A stretch of 64,000 nt of DNA from a virus. The notes under the pieces are model-generated. The model worked only from the letters and a program-made list of their open reading frames with translations, was not told where the DNA came from and made no database searches. The position numbers were made by a program, and so were the translations under genes. The stretch lies in the IMG/VR virus record IMGVR_UViG_3300043185_000099, positions 32,001 through 96,000 of that record; one strand, given 5' to 3'. Below are positions 26,761-38,300 of the stretch, in pieces. The number at the start of each line of letters is the position of its first letter. Position 1 is the stretch's first letter.

Positions 26761-27996
26761 TCAAAGGCTCCTTGCGGCCGGCAAATCATACCGACGACGA
26801 TGATTAGCGATGGTGTCCCGATGGACATTGACTTGCCTGGCGAGAGCAACGTCAGGCATCGTGCCAACCAGGGCATGCCAAGCCGGCATCTGAGTCTCGG
26901 TATACACCGGGATGGCGAGTTTGCGACGGTAATGCAGCACCGTCACTGGCGAGAGGTTGAACTTCGTCGCGATGTGGGAGTCAGGCATCGTGCCAACCAG
27001 GGCATGCCACGGTCGCGAAGACAGTTTTCGTGTGGGGGCGACAGCTTTGAACCCTGCCAACTTTCGTGAACGAGCGACATCCGAGATCCCGAGACCGACT
27101 CGTTCGCTGATCTCTTGATCCGTCAACTTGCCAAACCACTTGTGCCACGGTTGAGGTCGAAGGCCCCGCAACGGCTCGTACGGGTCTCGTTCGCTGATCA
27201 GGCCTCCAACTTTGGCACGCATCGCGCACCAGTCTTGCCAAATCTTGTACTTGCGAGCGAGCCGCATACCGGTCCCAGCATAGATGGCCTTACAGAACAG
27301 TTCCGCTTGCGAGCCGTCCATACGGACCGTTGTCGACGTCACGCTGTGTGGAACACCCAGGGTGTCCAGAAGTCGAGAGAGGAACACCAGGTCACGACGC
27401 GGGCCACACGCGATGCCGGCACGGAGGACACTGCCTCCAGGCATCTTGCGATTTTTGACGCTCATGATCCATCCATCTCCGTCGCAGACACCACGCAAGA
27501 AATCGGTGGCCCACAACTCAGGAATGAAGACCATCCTTGTTCCAGTCTTTGACTTGCGAGGCCGAATACCCAGCCGCAGGAGACGACCGACAAGCGTATC
27601 GCTGACCGTGACGGAGGCATGTTGGACCTTGGGTGTTTTCCTCAACTTGGTCCCGCACACCTCGCGCTGCTTCGGCGTCTTCCTGATGATCTTGTTCGGG
27701 TTCCCCACGAAGTTGTGGAACCAACGAGCTTGCTCCTCGTCCGTGCTGACGAACTGAATCCTCCACGAGCCCTTCGCCGGTTTCGTGATGTTCCCATCAC
27801 TGAAAATGAGCCCGAGCGCGTAAGCCATGTCCGGCGTCCACTCGTCGAAGGCATCCAGTCGCAACTGAGTCTCCGTCGCACGACGCTTGAACTGCCCTCG
27901 ACATTTTGCCGAACACATCCGAGCCATGCCATACCGGCTTGTCGAGAACTGCTGCTCGCAGATCTCGCACAGGGCCGTCTTCATGTGCGTTGACAT
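26761..27996 (-). CDS. Free-standing LAGLIDADG homing endonuclease with an N-terminal zinc ribbon and C-terminal HTH-like repeats
   Basis: CEIC...MCSAKC; AYALGLIFSDG and FLRGVCDGDG; three WHxxxGxxxD-HTH-like repeats; Lys/Arg-rich and lower GC than its neighbours. Confidence 0.85.
   Translation of the reverse strand: MSTHMKTALCEICEQQFSTSRYGMARMCSAKCRGQFKRRATETQLRLDAFDEWTPDMAYALGLIFSDGNITKPAKGSWRIQFVSTDEEQARWFHNFVGNPNKIIRKTPKQREVCGTKLRKTPKVQHASVTVSDTLVGRLLRLGIRPRKSKTGTRMVFIPELWATDFLRGVCDGDGWIMSVKNRKMPGGSVLRAGIACGPRRDLVFLSRLLDTLGVPHSVTSTTVRMDGSQAELFCKAIYAGTGMRLARKYKIWQDWCAMRAKVGGLISERDPYEPLRGLRPQPWHKWFGKLTDQEISERVGLGISDVARSRKLAGFKAVAPTRKLSSRPWHALVGTMPDSHIATKFNLSPVTVLHYRRKLAIPVYTETQMPAWHALVGTMPDVALARQVNVHRDTIANHRRRYDLPAARSL
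26851..27009. repeat. Exact 30-bp direct repeat encoding WHALVGTMPD (129-bp period)
   Basis: gtcaggcatcgtgccaaccagggcatgcca at 26851-26880 and 26980-27009. Confidence 0.93.
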
Positions 27997-28784
27997 CAGA
28001 AAAGTACCGCGTAGTGGGCCAAGTAATACTTGGCGTTGGGATTCGTGTTCTTGAAGGCCAGCCGGATCAGCAGACCCGGGGTGCAGAAGGCGATGGGGAT
28101 GAGACGCTGTACCGGGAAGAAGTTCGCGCCGTCATTGATGGAGAGGAACGCCTGGAAGTCACCAGGCTCCTGGTCGACTTCCAGCACCTGCCGGATGGCG
28201 GCGAGGTTCTGACCGGCGAAGAACCCGAAGCTCGAGCGCACGTCGATGGTCGTAGAGAAGCGATACAAATACCAGTAGACGGCGAACTCCGAGGCGCCCG
28301 CGCCACCTGTGAGAGCCCCGACGTCGATGGTGTCCGTGACGATCACGCCGGGACGCTCGAGTCCGAGTCCGGCGGTGTCGTTGCTTTCCAGCATCGCCAC
28401 TGAGCAAGCCGCGTTTCCAGACGGGAGCGGGCCCGCCGTCCCGCGCCCCATCTGGAGGCGCGACACATGCGAGGCCGTCACCGGCGCACCCTCATTGAGG
28501 ACGGCCGTCGGATCGAGGTCATCCATGTCCGTGTCCTCGATCAAAGGGTTGTAAAGGACGTTCTCGTACTGCGGAAACTGTGCGAGGAGCCCGGCGAAGT
28601 TCCTCGCGACCACCGAGTTCGGATTGAAGGACGGGAGGATGAAGCTGTCCGGCTCGACGGCGACCTTGACCCCCTCCGCGATGGGGACCATATACATCCC
28701 GTTTCGCGATACGGGGGTACCGTTCGGTGGATTTTTCTCCACTTGGACGATGCGGTTGTCCGCAAGTGTGGCAACGACGCGCAC
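27996..28784 (-). CDS. Probable virion structural protein
   Basis: 262 aa with strong codon bias, inside the structural block and preceded by the GCTCTATAA motif. Confidence 0.65.
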   Translation of the reverse strand: MRVVATLADNRIVQVEKNPPNGTPVSRNGMYMVPIAEGVKVAVEPDSFILPSFNPNSVVARNFAGLLAQFPQYENVLYNPLIEDTDMDDLDPTAVLNEGAPVTASHVSRLQMGRGTAGPLPSGNAACSVAMLESNDTAGLGLERPGVIVTDTIDVGALTGGAGASEFAVYWYLYRFSTTIDVRSSFGFFAGQNLAAIRQVLEVDQEPGDFQAFLSINDGANFFPVQRLIPIAFCTPGLLIRLAFKNTNPNAKYYLAHYAVLF

Positions 28785-28915
28785 GACGTTTCACGGAGGC
28801 GAGGTTATAGAGCCGTTAGGGGAGACTCGAGGGTCCTCGGAGATCCACATGCCAAGAACCATCGCGAGGAAGCTGTGCTCGACAGTGACGATGCGAGGTA
28901 GAGGATACGCGGACC

Positions 28916-31900
28916 TCATGGCGGCAGCAGCGGTGGTCCCGTGATGTCGAACCGCGTGACAGAGTGGGTGAACCATGTGTCCAAGTTCACCCTGGGCGCT
29001 CCAGCCGACGTCTTTTGGATGGCTGTGATGAGGTAGAGCCCGGTAGCGCCGGCCGGTAGGTTGGCTGCGGAGTTGATGACGCCGTTGGCGATCATGGTGA
29101 AGTTGGCATCGAATAGACCGTACCGAACTTCAGGCCCGGAGAACGTCTCCATCACGAAGTGGTAGACTCCCGTGCCGTCGGACACCACCCCCGTCGGGAG
29201 CCCCAGCGCGCCTCCCGACCCGAGGCCGAAAAAGCTGAACGTGTCGGTTGTGGGGCCATAGACCCTGAGTCCGGCCATGACGACGTCCGCGGGAGGGGCA
29301 AGGATGCTGATGGCCTCAGCCGATGTGATGGGCGATGTCACTCCCGTGTCTGTGCCAATGAGCCCCGTGAAAAAGATGTATTCCTCGCCCGACGCGTTGA
29401 TCTCGAATTTGGTCACATACCTCGTGAACGAGTTGACAGACACGACCCCGACACCGTTGTTGTCGGGGCTCGTCATCACTCCCTTGTAGTCGAACTGCGC
29501 GATGAGGCTAGCAAGGCGAAGCCTCGGGCCGTGAGACGTCACAGCGTAGACCCCACCCGGAGCGCCGTTCACCGGATTGGCGTTGTCTTGATACGCCAAA
29601 GGTTCGACGAAACCGTTCTCGCTGTAAAATTTGTTCCCGATGACGTTGGCTTCGGGGAAAGCCGACGCACAGAAGTACCCCCACTGATAGCTGGAGAAGG
29701 CAAACTGCGCGGCCTGAATCGGGAGAATGACCTTCACGGAGCCGTCTATCTGCGGCTCCACTGTCGCATCAGGGAAGCGCAGGGCCGTCGCTCGTTGGCT
29801 CGCTCCGTAGACGGTGTCGAACTTGGCGTCCTCGGTCAGCTTTGCGTTATTGCTCGACGTCTGGCTGAACACCACGTCACGTCGAAGGATGACGCACAGC
29901 GCGGCCGCCCCGCTCGGATCGTCGACGTCGGGATGGCTCGACACGAGTAGCAGTGAGCTTGAGAAGCCCACAGTGATGACTTCCGTGTACCCCCACAATC
30001 CGTAGCTCCTGGTTACGGGCGTCCCGTCCGGCGCGAGACTCCCCTCCAGGATCTCGATCACCCCGGTGGGAGGCCCCTCCCAAACTTGGGAAAGGACGAT
30101 GCCAGTGGCGCCGATGTATGGAGGCGTCGCGACGAAGCCGGTGGCAACCAAGTCCACGTTGGCGCCAATCCGTCCGCTGTAGGCATCGACACTCCCGTCT
30201 CGTCCTCCGGCCACTCGCATGCCCGGTCCCGTCTGCGAGGGCTCCATGCTGTAGGGCACGCAGGCGGCGAAGAGAACGATCTCGTTGCGGGGGTTGTCCG
30301 TGCCGGATCCGCCAATAATGCCGTTGGGAACAATCTGGCCGCCAGGAGCTGCGGGCGGCGCGTGACTCAGAGAGATGACCCCCGAGGAGTAGTCGATGTC
30401 GACGTACTGCTCCTCCGTGAGCGAGGGATCGATGATGATTTCGCGTGACGTGATGGGGCGATCAAAATCCGGTTCCGGATCCCCCGAAGATCCCTCGCGC
30501 GCTGGAAAGAGGACCATGCGGAATCCCAAGTCGAGCAGACTCCCCGGGTCGGACGCACTGGGCAAGCCGCCTCCGACGGGAGTTTGGGCCATGGTGTCAA
30601 AGATCGCCTTGTCGGCCCGTGCAGGACTCACACCTCCTGGAAGAGGCCACGACGCAGCATCGCTGACCTCCTTCAACGCCCGCTCGACCAAAACGGGATC
30701 GATCAGGTTTCGGAGTCGGAGGGCCTCGACTTTGTCCAGGTCGAAAGCGCCTTGCCACACGAGACTTGCTGGTTCATGGACCGTGAAAAAGGCCAAGTGT
30801 ACGGGGTCACCTCCAGCGATGAAATACGGACCCGGACCGAAAAAGGTAGCCCCATCGTTTGGGTCCACTTCAGCCACGCGAGCCAAGATATAGCGGTCGC
30901 CGAGCAGAACGGCGCCAGTACTAAGAACCTCAAACCATCCCAGAGCTTGGATTCGCGTTCCAAAGGTGAGATCTACACCATCATCTGAGTCAATCTGGTA
31001 GATCTTCAAGATACGCCCGAGGTCCGAGGACGACGGGTTCTGCACGTTTTGGATGATCATTTGACCCGCAAGAGCCGTGGTCGCGGCCGCTTGCTTTTCG
31101 ATCTCCGCGGTCCCTTCACGTAGCGGACGAGGATTCGGCAGAGTAGCCCGTCCTCCGTACTGTGCCGCTGCACCGACAGTGGGAACACCAGCGAATCCAC
31201 CCTGCAGCCACGAACCATCGCCTAGTGTGCCACCATCGTACGGAGGGTATAGATCGGACGCGGCGGCCTCTTCAGGGCTAAGGACCACAAAGCTTCGCTC
31301 GCGCCCGACACCTTCTCCGCTCCCGGGAACGGCCGCCAAGCGAGTCACATAGGGCTTGAGGATAGTGATGGAGCGGATGTGCCTGGGCAGTGGCACCGTG
31401 AGATCAAAGTGATCCGCGAGGCGCTTGTTAGGATGCAGCTCGATGACGTTGCCGCCAACAGAGGCGACGCGGAAAATCTCGTACTTCGCTGTGTCCAGAC
31501 GGCTCGGGAGAGCCCCCATCGGCGTCGTACCAGCAGGCGTCGATCCGGGATTCGCGCCGTCGTCGGTAATTACGACGTAGAGGCCCCCGAGAGGCTCGTT
31601 CAAATCTCCGATCGTGAAGTTCGGGATGTCGTACCCTTCGGCGACTGTGACGGCGACTGCCGGCCCCCCATCTGGACGCACGTCCATCGTAAGGGTGTCC
31701 CCTCCATTGGCACCCGCAGCAGGACTCGCAGCCCAAGTCCAGTCGCAAAACGGGCTCTTGAGCGTGGGGCCAATCACCTCAAAGCTGATCGGATGACCGA
31801 CAAGACTGGGCCCCTTTTGACCAAACCTGTTGGTTCGCCAATTGTAGGGTACGAAGTCGACATCAGGAAGCCCTCGCTGACCCAACTTGAGGGGCTTGGA

Positions 31901-32173
31901 GCGGATCGGAGATGGAACCTCGGGCGACGCCTCATTAATGTCGGTGCTCTCCGCGACGAACCCAACCGCGTACCCATATGCGTAAGAGCTGGCCCAGGAG
32001 CCAGCGAATCCCCGGACGATCTCCGCCGCGTAGAAGGAGCGAGTCGGAGCTGACGTTTCGCGCGCAATGAGTTCATGCCAAGGCTGGCGGTCCTGCGTTG
32101 TCGCGGCCTTGCTCTCGAACGCCTTACGCAAGCGTTCCAGTGTCTCCTTGTCCTTATCGGTGAAGTCAGCCAT
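28916..32173 (-). CDS. Large virion structural protein (tail/baseplate-associated)
   Basis: 1085-aa Gly/Pro-rich, beta-type composition in the structural operon. Confidence 0.7.
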   Translation of the reverse strand: MADFTDKDKETLERLRKAFESKAATTQDRQPWHELIARETSAPTRSFYAAEIVRGFAGSWASSYAYGYAVGFVAESTDINEASPEVPSPIRSKPLKLGQRGLPDVDFVPYNWRTNRFGQKGPSLVGHPISFEVIGPTLKSPFCDWTWAASPAAGANGGDTLTMDVRPDGGPAVAVTVAEGYDIPNFTIGDLNEPLGGLYVVITDDGANPGSTPAGTTPMGALPSRLDTAKYEIFRVASVGGNVIELHPNKRLADHFDLTVPLPRHIRSITILKPYVTRLAAVPGSGEGVGRERSFVVLSPEEAAASDLYPPYDGGTLGDGSWLQGGFAGVPTVGAAAQYGGRATLPNPRPLREGTAEIEKQAAATTALAGQMIIQNVQNPSSSDLGRILKIYQIDSDDGVDLTFGTRIQALGWFEVLSTGAVLLGDRYILARVAEVDPNDGATFFGPGPYFIAGGDPVHLAFFTVHEPASLVWQGAFDLDKVEALRLRNLIDPVLVERALKEVSDAASWPLPGGVSPARADKAIFDTMAQTPVGGGLPSASDPGSLLDLGFRMVLFPAREGSSGDPEPDFDRPITSREIIIDPSLTEEQYVDIDYSSGVISLSHAPPAAPGGQIVPNGIIGGSGTDNPRNEIVLFAACVPYSMEPSQTGPGMRVAGGRDGSVDAYSGRIGANVDLVATGFVATPPYIGATGIVLSQVWEGPPTGVIEILEGSLAPDGTPVTRSYGLWGYTEVITVGFSSSLLLVSSHPDVDDPSGAAALCVILRRDVVFSQTSSNNAKLTEDAKFDTVYGASQRATALRFPDATVEPQIDGSVKVILPIQAAQFAFSSYQWGYFCASAFPEANVIGNKFYSENGFVEPLAYQDNANPVNGAPGGVYAVTSHGPRLRLASLIAQFDYKGVMTSPDNNGVGVVSVNSFTRYVTKFEINASGEEYIFFTGLIGTDTGVTSPITSAEAISILAPPADVVMAGLRVYGPTTDTFSFFGLGSGGALGLPTGVVSDGTGVYHFVMETFSGPEVRYGLFDANFTMIANGVINSAANLPAGATGLYLITAIQKTSAGAPRVNLDTWFTHSVTRFDITGPPLLPP

Positions 32174-32182
32174 CGGACGATC

Positions 32183-35100
32183 TCAGGGGAACGGTGGGGG
32201 TCCGAATGTCGGCGGCCCCAATCCGTTGCTGTGGCGCAGTACCGTGATACCAGTCAGCGCGCGCGGGGTGTCGCTTGTTGCTCCGGGGCCGCCTTGCGTG
32301 AAGTTCAGGGCGGCCGCCTTGATTCGCACGCGCACAAGAACGGGGGCGACCCCAGGAGCAAGAGGCCCTGGGTTGGCGAACACGTTCGCGGCCGGCCCCA
32401 CGTTCACCCGGACTTGGCAGAACACCGTGCCGGTGACGGGATCGCGGCCATCGAAGGTGTCGGGCCCTGGCACTTGGCACCCGGCTCCGTCCATCAGCGC
32501 GTCCTGCTTAGACGGGCCCGCCCCGTCCAAGCGGCCGATGTCCATCCACGTGGTAAACCCGGGGATCTTGATCTCGATGGCGATGGACGCGGATCCCGGT
32601 CCCGGAGGGAAGTATGCGAAGCTGGCGAGCTGGAGGCCGTCGATCTTGAGGCGCAGGAATGGCTGCCCAACAACACCCGGCTCGGGCGACGCATCGTTGA
32701 CATAAGCGGCGTCGAGCACTCGCAGGTAAACGCGCTCGGGATCGACAATCACGGAGTAGTCAAACTGCGCGTTGGTGGTGTCGCCGTCGGCCACGGACGG
32801 CCTGAACCCCGTCGTGTAGTCGATCTGCGGGTAGATCAACATCCCGCTGAACGGGCAGGGATTCTCCACCCCGTCCGTGGCCGGAGGACTGCGGTCCGGG
32901 AGACCGGACACCTGGGCCTCGGTGATGACGTCAGCGGCGGAAGCCAGGTCGAGCAGGTGGAAGTCCTGGCGAAGATAGCTGGCATTGCCGAAGCCGATCA
33001 GAGGTTCAGACGCGAACCTGACGGGGAGAGGGATCTGCAGGGCGCCGAACGGCAGGCCGGGCCCGACGAGATTCCCCACGGCCCCGTTCCAGGTCGGGTC
33101 GATGTCGTCGAGCTTGCTGGCAGCAATCCTGTAGACCTCGTCGAGGAAGATCTCCTGGACATCCTTGCGCGCGTTCTCAAGGTTGGCGCGCGGCGGGAAG
33201 TCCCCAGGGTCAGTCGTTTTGAAGTTACCGTAGTCACCACCGCTGTCGAACGACGGCGAGTGAGACGTTGTGTGCAGCAGGATCTGGTCGAGACCCGGGT
33301 TGGGGAACAGGAAGGTCGTGAGAGCCGTGTCCGGCGTCTGGCCGCTGAGCGGATTCCTCGCGAACGCCCTGATCCTGGCGTCGAAGCTGAAGTGGCATCG
33401 GAGGTCGTCGCCAGCGAACCTAATGGGAGTGTCGGCGCCCGTGAGGACGATGTCCGCCGTGTCGGCGGCCTGCGGTCCCGCGGCGAGGTTCCACGGCCCG
33501 CTGACCGAGTCAAGATCCTCGTAGCCGAAGTCCACGCGCTGGTAGAAGGCCGTCCCCGTGTAGCCCGGTCCCAGCCCGTTGATGATGTTGGAGTCGGACG
33601 TGCCAGCTCCGAGGTAGAGGATGACGGGAGGCCGATGCCAGAGGCCGGGAGTAATCTCCGTCGAGATCCCGTCGTTCCCGAGCAGGTACGTGTTGTTCCA
33701 CAGGTTCGCCACGCTCAGCGAGATGTCGGAGATCTGCCAACTCGTTCCCACGCCGCTGCCGTTCGGCAGGAAGTACTGGACCCCGCTCACGAACATCACC
33801 TCGTCCACCTCGCGGTCGTAGGCGAAGGTCGAGGCGAGGTTGACCAGGGCGTCGACGGGTTCACCGAAGATCGCCGTCCTGTGAACGTGATACGCAGTCG
33901 AGGTCAGAGGCTCGAGGGGATCGGTCGTGTCGATCAGGTTATCCGTGCTCTCGGGGTTGGTGTAGTCGACCATCCCGGCGCTCCACAGCGGGTACCCGAA
34001 GAATGGATCGTCCGGCATGATCCCGTCGCGCGCAAACGCCTCGAAGTCGGCCTCTCGTCGGAAGTGCAACAGGATGTAGGAGCCGCCCTCTGGAGTGATC
34101 GCGAACTCGAACCTGTGCCGGAAGCGGGCGAGCTGGAACGTCCAGTAGTCGTCCGTGAAGTCGCCGTAGTCTCCGGCCTGCGTGAGGTCGACTCCGGGAT
34201 TCAGGGAAATGGCCGGCTTCGTGAAGTAACGGGGTCTCTCGACGGCGGGGGTGAACTCGATGCCGGTCGCAGAGGAGTAGTCGTCGAGGTAGGGCAGCCT
34301 GTAACGGAAAAAGTTGTTATCGTTGCCTCCGCCCGTGGCGATGGTCGTGCCGCCGAGGATCGGGATACCGCCCACGATGACGGGACCAGCGGCCGGGTCC
34401 GTGCCCAGTCGGACCTGCCCCGCCGACGGACTGGGGCCAGGAGGGATAGGGGCACCCGTCTGAGAGTTCACCCCGGCGTGGACCTCGACGAGATCGAACT
34501 GTCCGGTGGCTCTGCCCGGGAAGGCGAACACGTCCGGGTCTCCCTCGTCGAAGATCCCTCCAGGAGCACCGTCGCAGTCTCCTCCGATCCCCTGCCCGCA
34601 GAGGATAGCCGCGACGACCCTGGTCCCGAGCGGCTGTGCCAGGAAGGCGACGACATCACCGCCAGCCGGCCAGCGGAAGAGCGCGATGACGCCTCTGTCG
34701 GCGGGGAACACCGCGCCAGACACGACGACAGCCAGATCTCCGGGAGGGATGACCATCGACCGCGCCGTCTCGATGACGGGTGTCACCCGAGTGAAGCCGC
34801 CCTGATGCGTCGTCCCGTCTCCGCCTCCGCTGTAAACCACGTTGGCCACGTTGAATGTCGGGTCCGTGGCAGGGTCGTTGCCTGGCGGCTGGAAGACATT
34901 GCCAGGAGGATTGTCCGAGAGCAGCGTCGAGAACACGTTCTGCGCCTCAAAAGGCGGCCACCACCACTCGCGATACACGAAGAAGTCGTTCGTCGGCTGC
35001 GTCGGATCGGGAGGCGTGACCTGGCCCCGTTCTACGAACCCCGCATCGCGGAGCTTGAAGATCCCCCAGTCAGGGATGCCTGACAGAGGGAATGTCAGGA

Positions 35101-35377
35101 TCATCTTGAAGTTGCCCAGCGTCGCCGGACGCGGGGGAACAAGGGCTGACAGCTCGTCCAGGTTCTCCTGGACGTCGTCGCCGAAGTAGATGCCACCGGA
35201 TCCCGTCGTCGAGATCGCCGAGGCCGGGTGGGCTCCCTGCGGGTCGTTGAGATGCGCCTCAAGCCCGTGGTTCTGTCCCTCGATCACCTCGTCCATGAAC
35301 GCGTTCGCGTCCACGGAGTTCTGGTTGGCCATTCCAGAACCCTTCTTGATCAACGCGGGATCTACGATGCGAGGCAC
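32183..35377 (-). CDS. Large virion structural protein
   Basis: 1064 aa; N-terminal HLNDPQGAHPASAIS...DVQENLDEL motif typical of tail-fibre/appendage proteins. Confidence 0.7.
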   Translation of the reverse strand: MPRIVDPALIKKGSGMANQNSVDANAFMDEVIEGQNHGLEAHLNDPQGAHPASAISTTGSGGIYFGDDVQENLDELSALVPPRPATLGNFKMILTFPLSGIPDWGIFKLRDAGFVERGQVTPPDPTQPTNDFFVYREWWWPPFEAQNVFSTLLSDNPPGNVFQPPGNDPATDPTFNVANVVYSGGGDGTTHQGGFTRVTPVIETARSMVIPPGDLAVVVSGAVFPADRGVIALFRWPAGGDVVAFLAQPLGTRVVAAILCGQGIGGDCDGAPGGIFDEGDPDVFAFPGRATGQFDLVEVHAGVNSQTGAPIPPGPSPSAGQVRLGTDPAAGPVIVGGIPILGGTTIATGGGNDNNFFRYRLPYLDDYSSATGIEFTPAVERPRYFTKPAISLNPGVDLTQAGDYGDFTDDYWTFQLARFRHRFEFAITPEGGSYILLHFRREADFEAFARDGIMPDDPFFGYPLWSAGMVDYTNPESTDNLIDTTDPLEPLTSTAYHVHRTAIFGEPVDALVNLASTFAYDREVDEVMFVSGVQYFLPNGSGVGTSWQISDISLSVANLWNNTYLLGNDGISTEITPGLWHRPPVILYLGAGTSDSNIINGLGPGYTGTAFYQRVDFGYEDLDSVSGPWNLAAGPQAADTADIVLTGADTPIRFAGDDLRCHFSFDARIRAFARNPLSGQTPDTALTTFLFPNPGLDQILLHTTSHSPSFDSGGDYGNFKTTDPGDFPPRANLENARKDVQEIFLDEVYRIAASKLDDIDPTWNGAVGNLVGPGLPFGALQIPLPVRFASEPLIGFGNASYLRQDFHLLDLASAADVITEAQVSGLPDRSPPATDGVENPCPFSGMLIYPQIDYTTGFRPSVADGDTTNAQFDYSVIVDPERVYLRVLDAAYVNDASPEPGVVGQPFLRLKIDGLQLASFAYFPPGPGSASIAIEIKIPGFTTWMDIGRLDGAGPSKQDALMDGAGCQVPGPDTFDGRDPVTGTVFCQVRVNVGPAANVFANPGPLAPGVAPVLVRVRIKAAALNFTQGGPGATSDTPRALTGITVLRHSNGLGPPTFGPPPFP

Positions 35378-35379
35378 AG

Positions 35380-38300
35380 CTACTCCTGGTTCCCCGCCGT
35401 CATAAGGAGGTTCTTGGTGCGGTAGACGCCGACACCGGTCGTGCTGCCTGCATCAACGAACTCGACCGTATTGAAGGGGTCGAGACGCGCCCACCTGGTG
35501 ATCACGAGCAGGAGGACCTCGTCCTTGCGGAACAGGAGGCTGTCCTGCATCGACCTGGCGAGCACCGGGACAAACACCTTGTGGCGGACCACATTGGACA
35601 TCCCCTGCGCCATTGCCGTGGGACGATATTCCGACCTATTGATGATCGGGTAAACGGCGCGGAACTCGGAGTCCTTGAAGGGAGCGTCCGTGATCGGCGT
35701 GCCTCCAACCGTCCACTGGGTGCTGCCCTCGGCCGGAACAAGCTGGTGCAGGCACAGCGTGCCAACCTCCGCATCGAAGTCGTCGATCGAGATGTTGGCG
35801 GTAGCGGCGAAGTAGTGCTCTCCCGGGAACAGATCGCCAGGCGGAGGAGGAGGGATCTCTGTCTGGCCGTCGTTTACGGGAAGCTGGTCGAGGGGCACGA
35901 AGTGCGGGAACGCCAGCTCAACGCTCCCAGTGCCTCTCTGGCCGGTCCACACAACCTCGCCGATGTAGAGAGGCTCCACCACCAAGGTCGCTGGCATCGG
36001 CCCCAGGGCTCCCGGATACGGGAAGTCCTGGACCGTCGTGCTGATCGTCCCCTCCTTCACACCGGCCGTCTGCGGGGCGTTCGTGCGGAAGTAGATCGTC
36101 TGCTGGTAGCCTCCTCCAGCCGGCCCAAAGTTCGGGATCGCGTCCTGCGCGAAGTAGCGTACCTCGACGAGAGTCTGGCCCGCCCCAGAGAGTGGCACGG
36201 CTGGCGCGATGCCCGTGTTGTTGAGCACCACAAGCCGCGTGCTCGCGCCATAGTGGCTGTTCGGATCGTCTGTGTCACGAGGGTTGGTGTCGTTGAGGTC
36301 CGTGACGAGGACCGAGGTCATGGAGTCGCCCCAGAATCGACGCGGGAGCACGATGTTGAGGGGATCGCGGCTGACGAGAGTCTCGGGCGTCAGCGTGCCG
36401 ATTGGGATGCCCACGTTGCCTCCGCCGCCCGTAGGGTCGTTGGCGACGTACTCGACCATCACCTCTCGGTAACCCTGCCGGAACCCGGGAGTGAGTCGGT
36501 CCTGCATGTCGAACGGGCGCTGGTCCGGACCAGTCGGGATCCAGTTCTCCAGCATCGGACCGTACGGCCAGGGACTCGGATCGGGCACGACCTCGTGGTT
36601 CGGGGTGTCGGTAGTGCCGACGCCGATCGGATAGCTGATCTCCAGCTCCACGAAGATCCTGCGCTGCGATCCAACGTCTCCGCTCACCAAGGTCCCGACC
36701 ATGTCGTGGTCGGCGACGGGAAGACCCCCGTCCACCTGCGTGGGATTCTGGTCGAGGGTGATCTGTACGTGGGACGTCCCAAGCCCGAGGATCGTCGTGG
36801 GTTTGGCTGTCTGGTCCACGATCACGTCGAAGTTGCCGTCGTCGTGGAAGATCGACAACACGTCCGTCACGATCGTCCCTGGTGGGGCGAAGTCAAGCAC
36901 GGTGGCCAGCGGAGGCGCGGCTACGTAGGACGTCACATTCGTCGGATCGAAGTCGCCGAGAGTGCTCGCGTTGAGAGCCAGGAGATCGATGTTGATCTCG
37001 TCGCCCTCGGCCCACCCGAGGAACGCCGCGGCGTATCCTGGGCGGACAACATACTTGCCCGGGAACGTCCCCTGATCGTCCGTGGGACGGATCTCGAGCA
37101 CGACACGCTCGACGACCGGCTGATCTCCGAAGCGCCTGGCGAAGTGGTCGAAGTTGCGGATCAGGACGCCGCGGGTCGTCGTGTTTGACAGTGGGGGAAC
37201 GCCTCCCTTGGCGGCCTCGCGTCCCACCTCGTTGGCGATCATGTTCCGCGTGGACACATCTCCCGATCCATTGCCGAGCTGCTGCTTCGACGCGGTATCG
37301 ATGGCCCACGTGCGGTATTCCCCATCCTGGAGCGCCTGCATCTGGAACTGGAGTTCGGCGGCGAGATCCTGCCCCGTGAACTTCACGTGGCGACGCAGAT
37401 CGAGGACGTCGGTGTCGACGATCGCGTCAGCGAAGTACCCGTCGGGACGGTCCGACTCGCCGACGGCCACTGCGGAGTTGATGAGGAACGAGTTGACATG
37501 CGCGGCGTGGTTGTAGACGAGGGCACCGTTCGTGTTGTTGACCGGGTCGAACCCGACCCCGGCCGTGTTATCGTTTCGGCGAAAGACGAAGGCCAAGGGG
37601 ACGGCGTAGACGTAGCCATCGAGCGTGCCGAGCGCGGTGGCGCTCGCTGACGTGCCATTGCCCGCGATCCACAGGCCATTGTCGAGGATACCGTAGCCGA
37701 TGCCGGTCCCGGCCACGCCGTCGCGGGCGTCGGAGTTCATCACCACGGACTTGAGGTCCGCTGGCACGAACGGATAGGTGGCGACGGGGGCAATTTGAGA
37801 TCCCTGCGCGAGGATGTTGGGGTTGGAGAAGCCATCGCACTGGAGCTTAAAGTCGACGCCTTCAGGCTGGCCTGTGTGTCTGATCCTGTACTGGACCTGG
37901 ACGCGCTTGGTCGTCTCTGCACCCACTGCAGGGTCCTCGATATCATCAGGAAGGGCGACAGCGGCAGAAGACAACACGTTTCCATGTCGGTAGATCGAGT
38001 CCTGCGTCGGCTTGTTCGGAGTGTCGACTCCGCCAGTCAGGAACCCACCCGAGGCCAGGATACCTGCTGGATTGCTGCTGCCCAGCGTGATGACGTTCCC
38101 GATCACGCCGCCTGCATTCGCCCGGATCTGGACGATGTTGGCGTTAGCCGTCGCCGTGACCGTGAGCACGGAGGCGTTGACTTGCGTGGCGATGCTGGCC
38201 GCGGTGTTCACGGCAGATCCAGGGAAGATGCGGAACTGATTCGCCGCAGGGGCGACGAGCACGCCAGTGAACACGTTGCCGTCGACCGTGATCGTGTCTC

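Noticed and set aside
9962-27009. 30-34-bp direct repeats (9962, 20558, 26851) as possible CRISPR arrays
   Set aside because: Only two copies each, all in frame within coding sequence, with no spacer series and no cas genes.
28785-28915. Longest intergenic gap in the structural block, as possible tRNA/ncRNA or the 61-aa ORF 28791-28976
   Set aside because: No cloverleaf or convincing stem is visible; the small ORF overlaps the upstream gene and lacks support.
32075-35083. 1002-aa plus-strand ORF (also 23404-25680, 35581-37188, 7015-8538, 60589-61893 and similar)
   Set aside because: Antisense shadows of strongly codon-biased, GC-rich minus-strand genes. They are Arg/Val/Gly-rich with no recognisable motifs.
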